A stretch of DNA of 64,000 nucleotides from Eledone cirrhosa. Lineage: Eukaryota. Both the position numbers and the translations under genes were made by a program. This document shows positions 14,741 to 29,165 of this stretch, in pieces; positions within the stretch are counted from its first letter, which is position 1, and each line of letters starts with the position of its first letter. The notes beneath the pieces are model-generated. The model did no database searches. It saw only the letters and a list, made by a program, of their open reading frames with translations, and was not told the DNA's origin. The stretch is taken from contig OZ024747.1 in NCBI GenBank assembly GCA_964016885.1, positions 92,008,001 to 92,072,000 of the forward strand, written 5' to 3'.

Positions 14741-16004
14741 CCAAGAATCTGACTCGCTGTTTACTGAGATATTTATGTCATATTTTCTTCCAGCACTCTA
14801 TGCTTACATTTAACTTTGCAATTACTTATCATATTTTACTAAAATAGCTGTCAGTGTTATTATATCATCATTATAGTAAAAAAAGTTTCACACATCATTT
14901 GAATAAATTAATCAACTCGTCTAATCCTTCTTCTATTCAGGCTATAAGAAGCAACTATAGAAGCTGCAAATAGGTGAATCAAGTTATAAATTTAGCAGAG
15001 AAAGTATTAACAAAACTGAGTAAAATAATAATTAACTTGAATTAGTGTCACACGGGATTATTGCTGAAGTTTTCTTCAGATTGAGAAGCCTGAAAAGGAT
15101 GTTCTTAAGTATGAGTAATCCAACACAGCTAGGTTTTGGAAAAATATATTCAGTTTCGTCTGATGTTCCTTAAGAAACGTAGGTGTAAATGAATGCCTTG
15201 CGTAAGGTATGTAAGGAACTCCTATCAGAAAAGTTGCAGCTGTCAACGAGATCAGTGCTCGATATGCAGAATGGAAATAGATTGGACTCCATATAGTGTA
15301 CTCAATGTAACATATGTATATATATATGAGGTGTGGTGGGATTATAGTGCGTAGATTATAGAGAAGGTAGAGTGTTCACGTGTTAGAAGCATAAGCGTAA
15401 TTAGCTGTCAGTACGCCAGTGAAATATAATTTTTCCATTGCTCGGAAGTTGATAGCATCTGTTACCTAGATGGCCTAATTCGCAGTGGATGATCGTTCTT
15501 TGAAAGCATAGTAATCAGAAAACGAACAGCGTGGACAAATTACAAAGTGATATTGCCGTTTTCTTTTCAAACCAAATTAATATCTCTTCGCGCAAAAGAT
15601 AGATTATATTACGTTTGTGTACGTAATTCAGTGAGGCATAAGAAGAAGACTACAAACAAAGGAAAATATGACGATCCACTGGATGTGTTGCGTTAGTGTA
15701 TATTAACGACAAAATGAGTCAGATATTGCACTGCTCTGTACATGTAATGCGTATAGTGAAGGTGTCCCAGTATTTCAAAGTGAATTGAAGCTCCAAAGAA
15801 GACCAAGGAAGATATAATAAGAAGAGGTAAAAGCGAAATGTCGGGCTCTGATTCCAACAAAAGAAGTGACAAAAGAACAAAAAAAAAAGGAATCTGAAAT
15901 GTTCCAGAAGATCATCAAACTTATGAATCTGATCATTCTAAAAAACGGGAAAAGCTCTTTACTTCAAACTAACGATGAAAAGTATCTTCGTTTGTAATAT
16001 ATGT

Positions 16005-16590
16005 ATATTGTTATATTTAGGGAGCGCCATGTTGTCTAATGTTGCCAAAAATAATAATTGTTTCTACTTTTGGCACAAGGCCAGCAAATACCCAGTGCAT
16101 TACTGGTACTTTATTTTATCTACCCCGTAAGGATGAAAGGCAAAAATTAACCTCGCCGGGATTTGAACTCAGAATGGAAAGGGCCGTAACTCTATGCGTC
16201 AAAGCAGGGCGTCCGACCCTCTACCGATACTGCCAATAATAAAACACACTCACTGTTTGGTTTGGTTTGGTTTCACTTCTGTATGTCGTTATAATTTTAT
16301 AAATAATTTAACTGACAAGCAATGCTTTCATTAATTAACCAACAGTTAAAAATATGAATATATCTGAAAGTTCTTTCGTCACACATTTTTCTGTGACATC
16401 TTCAGTGATTTCTTCCCGTTGTGTTTCTATATAAAGATATACTGAAGCGAAACCAAACCAAACAGTGTGTATGTTTTATTATTATTAATGGCAATATTAG
16501 GGCAAATGACTCTCCCAAAATATAACAATATCTATTTCAACACGCGATTTTATATCAAAAACCTTGCAAAACAAATACACCTCCGCCAAT
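16005..16590. mobile_element. Naiad-like PLE fold-back stub (relative of the main element) interrupted by a SINE
   Basis: The plus arm encodes [25 protein letters not shown] (from 16507), homologous to the main PLE N-terminus. The minus arm has an HHR-like CTGAAGA t gtcaca..tgtgac GAAA gaac TT (16363-16410). SINE at ~16047-16236(-). Confidence 0.75.
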
Positions 16591-17445
16591 ATATATTTAT
16601 ATTTCCATATATATATATATAAATGCATTTATAGTATTGTATCTTTAATGGCCATCATTATTATAGCTGTATATAATTATATATTCCAGTATCAATATCT
16701 GTGTATATATTTATCTACATCTATAAATGATGCGTGAACATTTCAATGCGATACAAGAGATTTTCTCAGAAATTATTTTAAATCAATCATATGCATCTAT
16801 TGAATGCATGCTCTACAAGCTACAGCACAAACGCTAACTGTATATCTATGCAAGCTTCTATATCTATGATTTTATATATAGCATCGTTTATATATCTAAG
16901 CATATATGTTTCACTTAACCCCAGATAACCTCAGATACACAAATAAATACCCCCATAAAAATTAATTACTTTGAACAAGGCACAACGCCAATATTGTTTA
17001 GATGTAAATTAACCATTGAACGCTTCTGTTTTATTTTATATTTTAGGAGTATAAGTTCAAATTTCCTCCATTTTCGTTTGTTCATTATTTTTTTATTTTA
17101 TTCTTTTCATCCAGAGTTAATAAACGTTCTCTCATACATTGCTTAACAGTTTACATTCAATAAAATGTAACACCCATACCAGATAACTATATCATTACAA
17201 ACATCTATTATATATATTAAAACGCTAATAATAGACAACAAGTGGAGTAAATTGTCGACCCCTCTATTGAAAAGGGATGGTAAACGTATATGTAAGATGG
17301 AGTGTGGGCGGAAAACAGACCGGAAGTGGTGTTGGCAGCAACAAAGGCCGGCTTTTTTAATTATTTAATCTCACGTCTTCATGGATGGGATTTGATAAGA
17401 GAGCGGTGTGCGTGTGTGTCAGAGAGAGAGAGAGAAAGAGAGAGA

Positions 17446-17496
<51 letters not shown>

Positions 17497-18452
17497 GACA
17501 GGGTGCTAGTGGTATCTGTGGTGGTGCTTTTTTTTCTTTTTTTTTCTTAATCTACGTTGCAAGGAGAATGTAGTTTATCCTCAGATTTTAAATAAGTGTA
17601 TGTACATATATAAGTTATCAATAAAACATTTAAAATATTATGTTGGCCTTTAATACGTGAGGGCTCCTTATAATTACAGTATGAATTTCCACGGTGCCAG
17701 CTAATATTGTTGTACAGTGAGAAAGCTATGTAAAGCCTTATCCCAGATAAATATAGCTGTACATTATGATCTCTATAGATGCTGCCCTAACAGTAAAAAT
17801 CTGTAGTATATTCCATAATCTGATATATAGTTCTCAGTTAGATTATCACTACCTGTGGACTTTTATTTATGTTTGATAGTATTTATTTCTTCCAGTTAAT
17901 CATATTCATTTCTTTGTTTGTTGATGTTTGTCTTTGAAGATTTCTCATTCGTCTTTCGATGTTTATCAATATTGAAGTGTCTTTTGGCTTACACCTGCAG
18001 ATGTTTACTTTGTAAATCATCTTTCATATTATTTACCCTTGAGTGTATATTTTCTTCACTAGTTTCAATTACTTCTATGGTCTGCCGTTACATTTACCCA
18101 TGTCAGCTTCCAGTCTAATTCTACAAAGCAGCGTTGTTTATTTTGCTAACTGTTAGAGGTTTTCGTGTTTTTTCCCTCACCGATCATTATTTTAAACATG
18201 CCAACGTTAGAATTAGTGTTAATTTGTTGTTTAATTAGTTCATTTTAGGAAATCCCTCTTTGAGAGATGAAACTGTATAATCTGTTGTTGTTGTTGTGCT
18301 GCACATTAGCCAATAGAGTAAGTCCCCATCTTACGAACGAGTTACCTTCCAAGATGCATTCATTAGTTAATTTGTTCGTAAGCTGATCGTCTAACACCAT
18401 ACGTACCAGTAAACCTATATATGTTACATTCATACTGCAGGTTTCTATATGA

Positions 18453-18640
18453 GTGATATATATACAGTATATAGAGGTATATATTACATGTAATATAGAG
18501 GTATATATACAGTGTATAGAGACATATATAACATGTAATATAGAGGTATATATATATATACAGTATATAGAGGTATATATAACATGTGATAATGAGGTAT
18601 ATATACAGTATATAGAGGTATATATAACATGTAATAATGA
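18453..18640. repeat. AT-rich minisatellite (~43-47 bp units)
   Basis: Repeats of tatacagtatatagaggtatata..acatgtaata. Confidence 0.8.
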
Positions 18641-21600
18641 ATTTAAATACTGTAAAGCTAATGACAATAAATTATTAAAGAAAAAATGTACTTTTTCAAT
18701 TCTGCGAAAGCAGAATGGTATCCCATACTGTAGGAACGATTTTAGCTTAGTTTTATGCTGCAAAAGAAGGAACCCAGGGCCCGAAAGAACCCACAAAAAC
18801 GAACTCAACAATTCTTTTTTTCATGAGACTGTTCGTATCTGCGGAAATTCGTGAGTAGGATGTTCGTAAGACAGGGACTTACTGCATATTGAAATCATAG
18901 GAAGGACCTGCGTTGTTTTGACAATGAGTATTCCAGTTCTTCGATTATAAGGTTCACGCGTAAGAGGCTACATATTCCATAGTCACGTGTATCCTTAACG
19001 TAATTCTTGGGGATAATCAGTGTGACACAATGTGTAACAAGGCTTGTCCAATTTGAATTTCAGGTACATTCTAACTGAAGAATTTGAAACAGCTTCTGTC
19101 AACTCAATTTCACTCACAAACGTATCTTGACACGAAGCTGTGGTAAATAACACCTGTCCAAGATTCTACACCGTGGAAGCGGACCCTGAACCTAAAATTT
19201 GCAAAACGAACTCCTTAACCATTTGATCATGCTGATCCACAGTACTGTCCTACTGATTCAATTGTTAGTGTTCTTTACATCCTTTATGACAGTATCATAC
19301 GATAACAATGAATTCCTATAATAGATTATATGTGGAGTATGGAATATTTCCAGCGAAGTAACTTGATATATTACATAGTTCTTCATACCGTTAGGAGATG
19401 TATTATATGTATTTAATTGATATTCTTATAATAGTGAATTCCATACGTGAATATCACTACTTTTTGATAGAAAGCATACTTTCGTGAAAAACCTAATGAT
19501 AGAGGGTTTTAATGGTGTATTCGGTATCAAGTAACAGAGGTGAATCTCCTATTGTGGTGGTGGTAGTAATAGTTTTGATGATGACGATTAGTAAAAGCCA
19601 ATGATGAAAATGACAGCAGATGGTCATAATGATGTGATAATATTACCTCCTATATATCAATTTCCATTTCCTTTTTGTTTCACAACATACCTTTACCACT
19701 CGAAATTTAAACAGCTTTCTCAGGAACGATTTATTCTGATATCATATAAGTATTAATTTATTGATCTAAAATTACGCTATGTGTGTATCTTTGCTATCCA
19801 TAGGCACATTTCCTAGGTGTCTTTATTTGCCTAAGGAAGTTAAAAACAAAGCAATTTGTCTATAATATATCATTCTAATTCATTTACTCCATTCTTCATA
19901 ACACGAAAAGGACATTTCTTTAGCTATGTATCTTCCATTTTGATTTTATACATAATTAAATATACATGTGAAGGCGCATGTCTCAAAGGTCATGTTTCTG
20001 GACTCACCATAATAATGTAGTGCGTTGTGTTTCAAAATGCTCCTTCTGTCAGGAGATAAAACAGTAGATAGTATCAGCAATGGAAAAACCAATGGAAACA
20101 TTGTTTCCAAAGTCCGATTTGATGATAGGCTTCATTCCTTTCTTTTCCTAAATATACATATTTAATAAGTTAGTTTTTATGAGATCTTTCGAAAATAATT
20201 CTAAAATATTTTAATATTGTGACATGACTATCTCGAGTTAGTTCTTTATTGTGTATTAATAACATCCACATTTTCCCATTTAGTCTTCATATAATTTTTC
20301 TCATTATCTTTGAAAGATATTCAAGAGAATTTTTAGGCTATATTACTTATTAGAAAGGTATTGCTGACCGTCAACTCTCCCCGTCCGACGGAGAGATCTC
20401 CCACCCACTTTGGGTGGTTGGGAGATGTCTTCCCGTGAAAATGGGTATAGCTTTCATTATGTCAAATATCCCCATTTTGCCCCATTTCTCCCCGTTTTGG
20501 GGCACTTTTTTTCATGGTACTCCCTGTTTGGGTTTTTAGAGATTGGCAGGTATTGACTTTTATTCAATATTTTTCTGAAAAACAATTTATATGTGACAAG
20601 CAATCATATTAGCATTTTTACTTTGGGTTTAATGTGGCTTTCTCCTATTTGTTCTAACACTCTGTACTTTGAATTCAAATACAAACAATGTTAAATTTGA
20701 TTTTCGTCCTTTCTGGGTTGATGAATAAAGTATCAGGTGAGAGGCAGTGGATTGTTAGAATGTTTACAGCGTTGGATGGCATACTTTGCGGTATCTATTC
20801 TAGTCAGATGTGATCAAATCCGACTTCTTGTCACGAGTAAGTCAGTGACGCTTCTGCCGGATATTGCGACCGACAGACGGAATCAGCAATTGAAAGATAA
20901 ATAGAAACATAGGTTCGCTGAACTGACATAAAGACCGGCATTTGCGTTTGGTTTTTGCTATGTTTAAGGAAAATTGTTGACCTACGCAATTTATTCATTG
21001 ATGAAAGTGTCTGCAGTAGCAATATAGGATCTAGTGTTATAAACTTTATTTTCTATAGCTGCAATATTCTTTGAACTTATCAGTAGTGAAGTTTTCATCA
21101 TTAAAACTGAAACTTCTAATACTATTAGTAGTAATTATAAGCATATTTTTATATAACGTTCATGAGTTTATTTCATCAAAATGTAATTGTATCATTTGCA
21201 AACATTAATTTTATATAAAAGGCTGAGACATTGTCTAATTTCTTCAAACATTATTCATCGTGTAGGTAAACAATAAAAAAGAAAATGTCATGTTAGCGAA
21301 AGAAAGTTTTGAAACAACCTAATTAAATATTCTAAATTGCAAACAAGAGGTATTTCATTTTTTAAACAGATACTTTGCTCACTTTATTTTGGAATAAGCT
21401 GCTATTAACCATCGCATTTATATCATATCTTACTTAGCATTAATTTTCTACCAAACGCATTTTATGAACCAATCCTCCTTTAAAGATGTTACTAACATTC
21501 CCCATATTTGAATGAGAGAAAAATAGAGAAGAGTACATATGTGTGTGGCCGTTTTCTTAATATATACGTGTGTGTGTTTTGTTAATATATACGTGTGTGT

Positions 21601-21982
21601 ATGTGTCTGTCTGTTGTTGTCACTGTTAAACCTCAAGTCAAGCTTGGTTGAACGGGTCTGTAATAGAGGGTATTTCCTCCGTATCCATCCAATCTCTTTG
21701 TATACCTAGGATCACATTATCTAACATGCCCTTCCTGTCTTAGGATAGAACGATGTAAGTTGACTATTATTTCTACCTAGTCAAACAACCACATATAATA
21801 GAGACAACACAAATAAAAGAACCAGAAAAGGGCCAACATATTAGTGGCGTCCGGAACACTAAGAATCAATACCAGAGGAATACTCAAGCGTATATAAAAT
21901 TAAAATGTTATTATCGGGATAAATGTCCAACAGTGTACCAGGTCTAAAATTAATAGGATTTACATGCTTTTTTATAGTAAGA

Positions 21983-22892
21983 CTAGCAGTAAAGCGTTGC
22001 TCGGGGTCGCTCAGTAGCTGTGTTAAAGTTACAATGTTAAGTTTCTTTCTTGGCTTAAAAACTGTAGTGTCTACTGTGCAGACTTGCATGTGGTGTTTTT
22101 GATTAATATTCCCTCAACCAACAATATGCCTTATGAAGTTAAGAAAACATAACGATAACCCGAATGTTATAACAAAAGAGGATGCTGGGGATAGAAACTG
22201 CACTGGTTATTTATTAACAAAGATCGAAAATGTAAACACTGCAACGCAGAGAAAAACATTAGCGTAACCAAATTATCAGTTATGTCTGTCTGCACGCCTA
22301 TATCACCTCTCTGCACAACTGTCTGCCTGCACGCCTATATCACCTCTCTGCACGACTGTCTGTCTGCACGCCTATATCACCTCTCTGCACGACTATCTGT
22401 CTGCACGCGTATATCACCTCTCTGCACGACTGTCTGTCTGCACGACTGTCTGTCTGCACGCCTAACGACGAAATATTTGCTTGTTTTACGTAGTCTTTAA
22501 ATAGACTTGTTTTCAAGTAAAAATATTGTTTTAAAATGCTTTTAAATGGAAATGAAGCAAAACGGAAACTTAGTGTTCGAACTGATGAATTTTGCAGGTC
22601 AATATTTTGCTGGCTCGACAACTGTTAAAGCCAGCGTAATTTTTTACGTAAGACGCTCAATGTAAACAGAACAAAGGGAAATAACTGATAACTTACGCTC
22701 AAAAATCGATACATTATATTCGATTTCGTCACATAGGGTGGGTCAATTTGAAATTTTTTTTTTTTCGATGTCTTCGCTAGGGCTCAATGTACAAGTATAG
22801 CAATTTCGGTGCAATTCTGTGAGAGATTCTAAGAGGAGATGTGTGCCAAAAATCGATAGACAGACAGACAACCACAGTTTTATATATATAGA
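21983..22892 (-). mobile_element. Non-autonomous Helitron
   Basis: Minus strand starts A|TCTATATATATAAAACTG..(TGTC)n and ends cccgagcaacgctttactgCTAG|T, i.e. TC...CTAG inserted in an AT dinucleotide with no TSD. Contains a tandem array at 22284-22465. Confidence 0.75.
22284..22465. repeat. 37-bp minisatellite inside the Helitron
   Basis: About 4.5 copies of gtctgtctgcacgcctatatcacctctctgcacgact. Confidence 0.9.
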
Positions 22893-24000
22893 TAAAATAT
22901 ATACATTAGTGTCCTTCATAGTTACTATGATACGGCATGAAATTCTTGAAGACTCATATGTGTATTATTTCTATTTCAAAAGAAATAGTCCGATAACAAA
23001 TCGTGGAAAAATACACCCCCTGGTTTGAATTAAAATACGCACAAACACTGAAGATAATATATCATCAATGTCAGCAAAGTTTTTGACTATAACACCTTGT
23101 CAAATACTTTATGCAAGATATTCAACACCGCAAGAAGCAATATAGACACTTGTTATCAAACACTACCTCTCAGGTCATCAAGCCTATATAATACACAACA
23201 TAGAAAGTAAGCAAATAACTGTATCGAATCTTTCTTTCACAAATATTTTCTGTTTCGAGTTTATTCAGAACACACTTTCGAGAATCACACACTAGAGGTA
23301 TGTCTTCTGTGAGCTGTGTTCTTCAAATGATTTCGACTAGTTGTTGAAGCTTTTACACGTGTATTGAAATATCCTTAAGAAATGTGTGGACAACACAGTT
23401 CCCTAGAGTCCCTACATGAAAATTCTTTGGTTCATTGCTAAAATTGTTAAAATTCCTCTATTTATTGTTGGGTCTTGTAAGCTAATGAACTATGGGCGCA
23501 GCTCTTCCGGTTATTCCCATGGGGGAAGATGAAGTAATTATTACATGGTAAGGAAGCTCATATTAAGTTTACAGAGCTGCTGGTAATTATAGTGGTGAAT
23601 TGCGCTTACCCTAATGTAACTATTTACAGAAAATGGTAAATATTTGCGCTTAAGGGATCGGGGATACTCAATGGAACGCTGACATTCCCTCTAATTATTC
23701 AGTATTTTCTTTATTTAAAACTCTGCACCCTTCTTTAGTACATAACCGTATATATTTTCAAATATTTGTTTATTTTTATTTTAACTTAAAACATAGGTCA
23801 AGTTTCTAAGAGAAGGAAATTCATACGCTAAACATTTATGATTTTTACAAATCTCCCGATAGATTTGATTGCTCTCAGGTTTAACAAAACCGCCATTGCT
23901 GAGTATACTGTGTTGCAGGCATATAGGAAAAGTCCTGGGTTTGATTATACATATTCGCTCTCTCTACCTGCCTCTTCCTTCCCTCTCTTCTACTAGGCTT

Positions 24001-24145
24001 GGTGAAGGCGCATGGCTTAGTGGTTAGACCATTGGGCTTGCAATCGAAAGGTTGTGAGTTCAATTCTCGGACGGGGTGATGTTTTGATTCCTTGAGCAAG
24101 ACAATTTATTTCACGTTGTTCATGTTTACTCAGCTGTAGAAATGA
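24001..24145 (+). mobile_element. Second tRNA-derived SINE family
   Basis: A box TGGCTTAGTGG, B box GTTCAATTC, followed by ccttgagcaagac...tttcacgttg. Confidence 0.65.
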
Positions 24146-25654
24146 GATGATAGGGACTGGAGGTCCCTATCATTAAATCACCCCAGACAACTCCAACGAG
24201 ATATACCTTGAAGGAGGCCAGCTAAACCTGCATAGGTGTGAGCTGTCACACACATACACACACACTAGGCTTGGTTGTTTTTGAAAAGAATCATCTATAC
24301 AGCGCTTTGTCATGTGTAATCGATTAATAAAATAAAACAATAGAAATTACATATGCATTGATTCTTTGCTCTGGTATATATCTTTAAAGCTCTATATTGC
24401 CTTCTATCATAATGTTCGAGGTGGGTGTGTTAAATATTTTTCATTGACTATATTTGATTAAAATATATGTGATCTAAGAATATATCGTCTCTCTGTAGTC
24501 TGTCTATTCAATAAATACTGATAAAGTATAATCAACTATACTTACTCTGCCTCAAACCCGCTCTCACCCCCATGCAGATGATATATTTCGTAAGAAGCCT
24601 TAGAAATTCCTTTTGTGGGGGTTAGCAGACGAAACGAGTATCACAGATATCATTTCTCTCTAGAAATATTTGCGATTCTCCTTGTTATATACTTCTTCTG
24701 ATACTTAAATATTTAATCTCCAAAGAAGAGGACTTAACCTCAGCTATAAACCACACCTCAATTTTCATTTATATCGGTTCTAAACCAATGACATATTCTC
24801 TTTGCACACACTTACTTTCTAATTACCAGCATTACTGGTAGATAAGCGACTAAGAGATGTTCAATGTAAAGAGAATAACATTTTATCTACCTAGTTATTA
24901 TTACTTCGTCCGATATTTTTATTGATTTAATATTTATTATTTAAGATATATTTTTCTGGCGTTTCAGCGATTGATATTTTATCTGAAGATACAGTTGTAT
25001 CCTAATTCAGTGGATTAATTATCTATTTATTTTCAATGTATATTCAATATTGTTATGTATTTTTTTCTCTTATCATTGTAGCTACTTTTGTTGTTACATC
25101 TGTTATTGTAGTTGAAGTTGTCGTGTTTTTTTTTTGTTTTTTGGGGGGTTTTTTTTTTTAGTATTATTTCGTATAATTTTCCTTCCAAGTTTTCAGACCA
25201 AGATAACCAAGATATAACAGTTTACAGTTTATCTAAGAGAAGGAATGACATTGCTATTGTTTAAAGAGTCAGTCTTAAGAACATAATCTTTCAGATGTGA
25301 GCTCACATTTTATTTCATTTTATTTTATCTCTGCCTCTGCTGCTGCACTGAAGTTTTCATGAAAAGGAACTTGAAATAATAATAAAATATTATTGTTAAT
25401 ATTAATATTAAAAGAATATTAATCCACAATAGAACACAAAATAAAATCATGATTATAAATCAGGTAACAAGTCCATAATTACAAAAGACAAAGAAAAATA
25501 GAGAGAAAGTTAAACTAATCAAGAAGGTATGAAAAGAAGACAGGAAGAAGAAAGGAAAAATATAGATGATTCATGACCAAAATTGTTTCTTTTTTCTTGT
25601 ATGTATTTCATATCTCAAGTCATGTTCCTTTTGACATTGCACATTAAACACATG

Positions 25655-26625
25655 TACAACACACACACACACACACATACGTACACACCCACACATTCAC
25701 AAGGATTCACACAAACACACAGACACCCCGATACACACACACACACACACACATACGTACACACCCACACATTCACAAGGATTCACACAAACACACAGAC
25801 ACCCCGATACACACACACACACACACACACACACATATGCACATATACATGCAGGCACATACAAACACACACATACACGCACATACAAACACACACACAC
25901 ATACACATACACACACACATAGATAGACACACAGAAACACATTCACAAGGAATTCACACGAACACACAGACACCGCCATACATATACACACACACACGCA
26001 CACATAGATAAACACACACACACACACGCGCGCAAACACATTCACAAGGATTCACACAAACCCCACACATATACACACACATATACACACACACATAAAC
26101 ACACATATACACACACATATACACACACATATACACGCACATACATGCATATATACAGATAGACACACGTACACACAAACATATTCACAAGAAGTCACAC
26201 AAACACACAGACACCGCTATACATATATACACACAAACACACACACACAGACATACACCCCCACACACATACACTCACATATACACACACACATAAACAC
26301 ACATATACACACACATATACACACACATACACGCACGCACATACATGCATATATAGAGACAGACACACGTACACACAAACATATTCACAAGAAGTCACAC
26401 AAACACACAGACACCCGCATATATATATATACATACACAAACACACAGATACACAGATATCATCATACACATATATATATATATATATACACACACAGAA
26501 ACACGCAGACACCGCTATACATATATACACACAAACACACAGACACAGACAAACACCCCCATACACATACACTCACAGACAACCCCATATATATACACAC
26601 ACGTATACCCACACAAGCTACAGAT
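25655..26625. repeat. (CA)-rich compound repeat with recurring cacattcacaaggattcacacaaacacacagacacc units
   Basis: Seen directly. Confidence 0.85.
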
Positions 26626-26762
26626 ATATTCACTCACATCAATATTCGCTTGAGGACAACAACTATACACATTTGATGTTTATATTCACACATTGTAGTT
26701 GGGTGTCGGTGAATAAAAAAGAATAAGACGTCTTAAAGAAGAGAAATAAGGTGACATAGTGC

Positions 26763-26804
<42 letters not shown>

Positions 26805-26900
26805 GGGAGTGTGACTTGGAGTTGCTGCAGGTTCACCCGGGTGAGCACTCAATGTTTAGGTTCACTTCCGTGTTGAGGTGTAGAGCTAGACAGAGTCTAA

Positions 26901-27076
26901 TATATTGAAAGGATAACAAGGACGATTGGTTACTCCTTCATTACGTATATTGGTAGGTGACGCGCGTTTCGCCACTGATTAGCTCAACCTTGAGCTGATC
27001 AGTGGCGAAACGCGCGTCACCTACCAATAAATGTAATGAAGGAGTAACCAATCATCGTTGTTATACTTTCAATATA
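26901..27076. mobile_element. Palindromic PLE-like stub containing the 3' part of a minimal hammerhead
   Basis: 87-bp arms with a few mismatches around centre 26988-26989; tgaGCTGatcagTGGC GAAA CGCGCG TC (26991-27018); (TA)n on the right. Confidence 0.7.
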
Positions 27077-27087
27077 TATATATATAA

Positions 27088-27296
27088 GAAAAGGTATGAC
27101 CCCCGACGGCAGAGCTCAAGCCGTTTCGGCGGCTATTTCTGGTATATAAATAGCCGGTATAGAAATAGCCGTCGAAACGGCTTGAGCTCTGCCGTCGGGG
27201 GTCATACCTTTTCCTATTATCCACTCTACTACCCTAAGTATTGAGTACTCTGGTGTGTTATGGTCTATCTGGTTCCTTACCACAATTCCTTCGTTA
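27088..27296. mobile_element. PLE-like fold-back stub, 'ccccgacggc' family, in (TA)n
   Basis: Inverted arms 27088-27140 and 27161-27213; the long arm ends ccttcgtta|(TA)n as in the 52266 and 57355 copies. Confidence 0.65.
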
Positions 27297-27322
27297 TATA
27301 TATATATATTTATATATATATA

Positions 27323-27374
<52 letters not shown>

Positions 27375-27377
<3 letters not shown>

Positions 27378-29075
27378 ACAGGGGGGAAGAAAAAATGGCT
27401 TCACTTGTGCTTTCAACAAATTTATTTTCTTCACAAAATCCAAAAAGAATTTTTCTTAAAAAAAATGATTTTATAAATTAAGTTGGTTGTTGGTTAGGTC
27501 TTAGGAGTTCTTGGTTAACGTAGGAGGTATTGTTTCGTTGTTAGAAAGACCTTTCACGCTGAGGTGCGCTTGTCAAACTGATGTGTATGTGGTGTGTTGT
27601 TCTATATATAGGGATTTAACATGTCTGTGGTGTGGTAAGGGTTTCTTTTCTCCCCTTTTAATAAGTGCATGGGTGTAGGTGTGTTGAAAAAGTGTTCATA
27701 GCAGTAATGAGTTGAGACGGTGAGTAGGGTTGGGTGGGGAGAAACCTAGCAAGTGCGGCCTGCCCCGGTCATTCTCGAAAAATTCCTTTATTCAGGGGAA
27801 AAAGCTTTTAGCATCGCTTTTGTGTTGAGAATGGTCACAGGCAAATCGCACCTGTCAAGCTTGTGAATAATTATTTTTTTCTTTTTTTCCTGAAGAATCT
27901 AGGCAGAATTCTAGAAGGAAAACTCTGATATAACACCTGCAACCCTGATGGTACCCAATGATGTTGACTTGTTCTTCTTTTTGGTAAATATCATCTTGGT
28001 TAAGAGAGTGGGACTGGCTTTGTGCAGTGCCTTTGCTCACTATAAAAGCTTCACGGCACAGGCATTGCTTTATATCTGGAGATCTCTCTGCACTTGTCCT
28101 CACATGGTACAATGGGCCCAGCACAATGTGTCAATAATTGTCACAAGTGTAGTGTTTGTACCAGAGTTTTCAAGTCGCTGGCTGGACTAAAAAGTCACAC
28201 TCGTTCAGCGCTTCGGTAGGGGTTCTCCTACATGGATATAAAGTAGTGGCCGTACTCGAAAACGAGTTGGCAGCCACCATATATATATATACCCATGTGG
28301 AGGTATGTGTACATATTCGTGTGTGTACGTATGTGTATGTGTGTTTTTATATGTGTCTCTATATGTTTTTGTGTATGTATTTGTACAGGGGTGTGTGATT
28401 GATGGTGTGTGCCTATATATTCCTACATATGCCCGTGTGTGTATGTACATATATGCACACATATATATATGTGTGTGTTGAACAAAGGACTAACTTTGGG
28501 ATGGACGTAGAAAGATTCTTCAGGAAAAAAAGAAAAAATAATTATTCACAAGCTTGACAGGTGCGATTTGCCTGTGACCATTCTCAACACAAAAGCGATG
28601 CTAAAAGCTTTTTCCCCTGAATAAAGGAATTTTTCGAGAATGACCGGGGCAGGCCGCACTTGCTAGGTTTCTCCCCACCCAACCCTACTCACCGTCTCAA
28701 CTCATTACTGCTATGAACACTTTTTCAACACACCTACACCCATGCACTTATTAAAGGGGGAGAAAAGAAACCCCTACCACACCACAGACATGTTAAATCC
28801 CTATATATAGAACAACACACCACATACACATCAGTTTGACAAGCGCACCTCAGCGTGAATGGTCTTTCTAAAAACGAAACAATACCTCCTACGTTAACCA
28901 AGAACTCCTAAGACCTAACCAACAACCAACAACTTAATTTATAAAATCATTTTTTTTAAGAAAAATTCTTTTTGGATTTTGTGAAGAAAATAAATTTGTT
29001 GAAAGCACAAGTGAAGCCATTTTTTCTTCCCCCCTGTCTTAATATACCTAACTGTACCAAGGATTACACACGTTT

Positions 29076-29165
<90 letters not shown>

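Noticed and set aside
15600-15860. RTE LINE remnant (RRLQTKENMTIHWMC, RRPRK)
   Set aside because: Short, heavily decayed motifs; not enough for a confident feature.
20355-20555. hAT-type MITE
   Set aside because: Terminal inverted repeats are too degenerate and no target-site duplication is visible.
24001-24075. tRNA gene
   Set aside because: A and B boxes are present but the acceptor stem does not pair and the sequence continues into a SINE body.
28830-28895. Hammerhead in duplicated segment A
   Set aside because: GAAAC is present but there is no CUGANGA box and no consistent stems.
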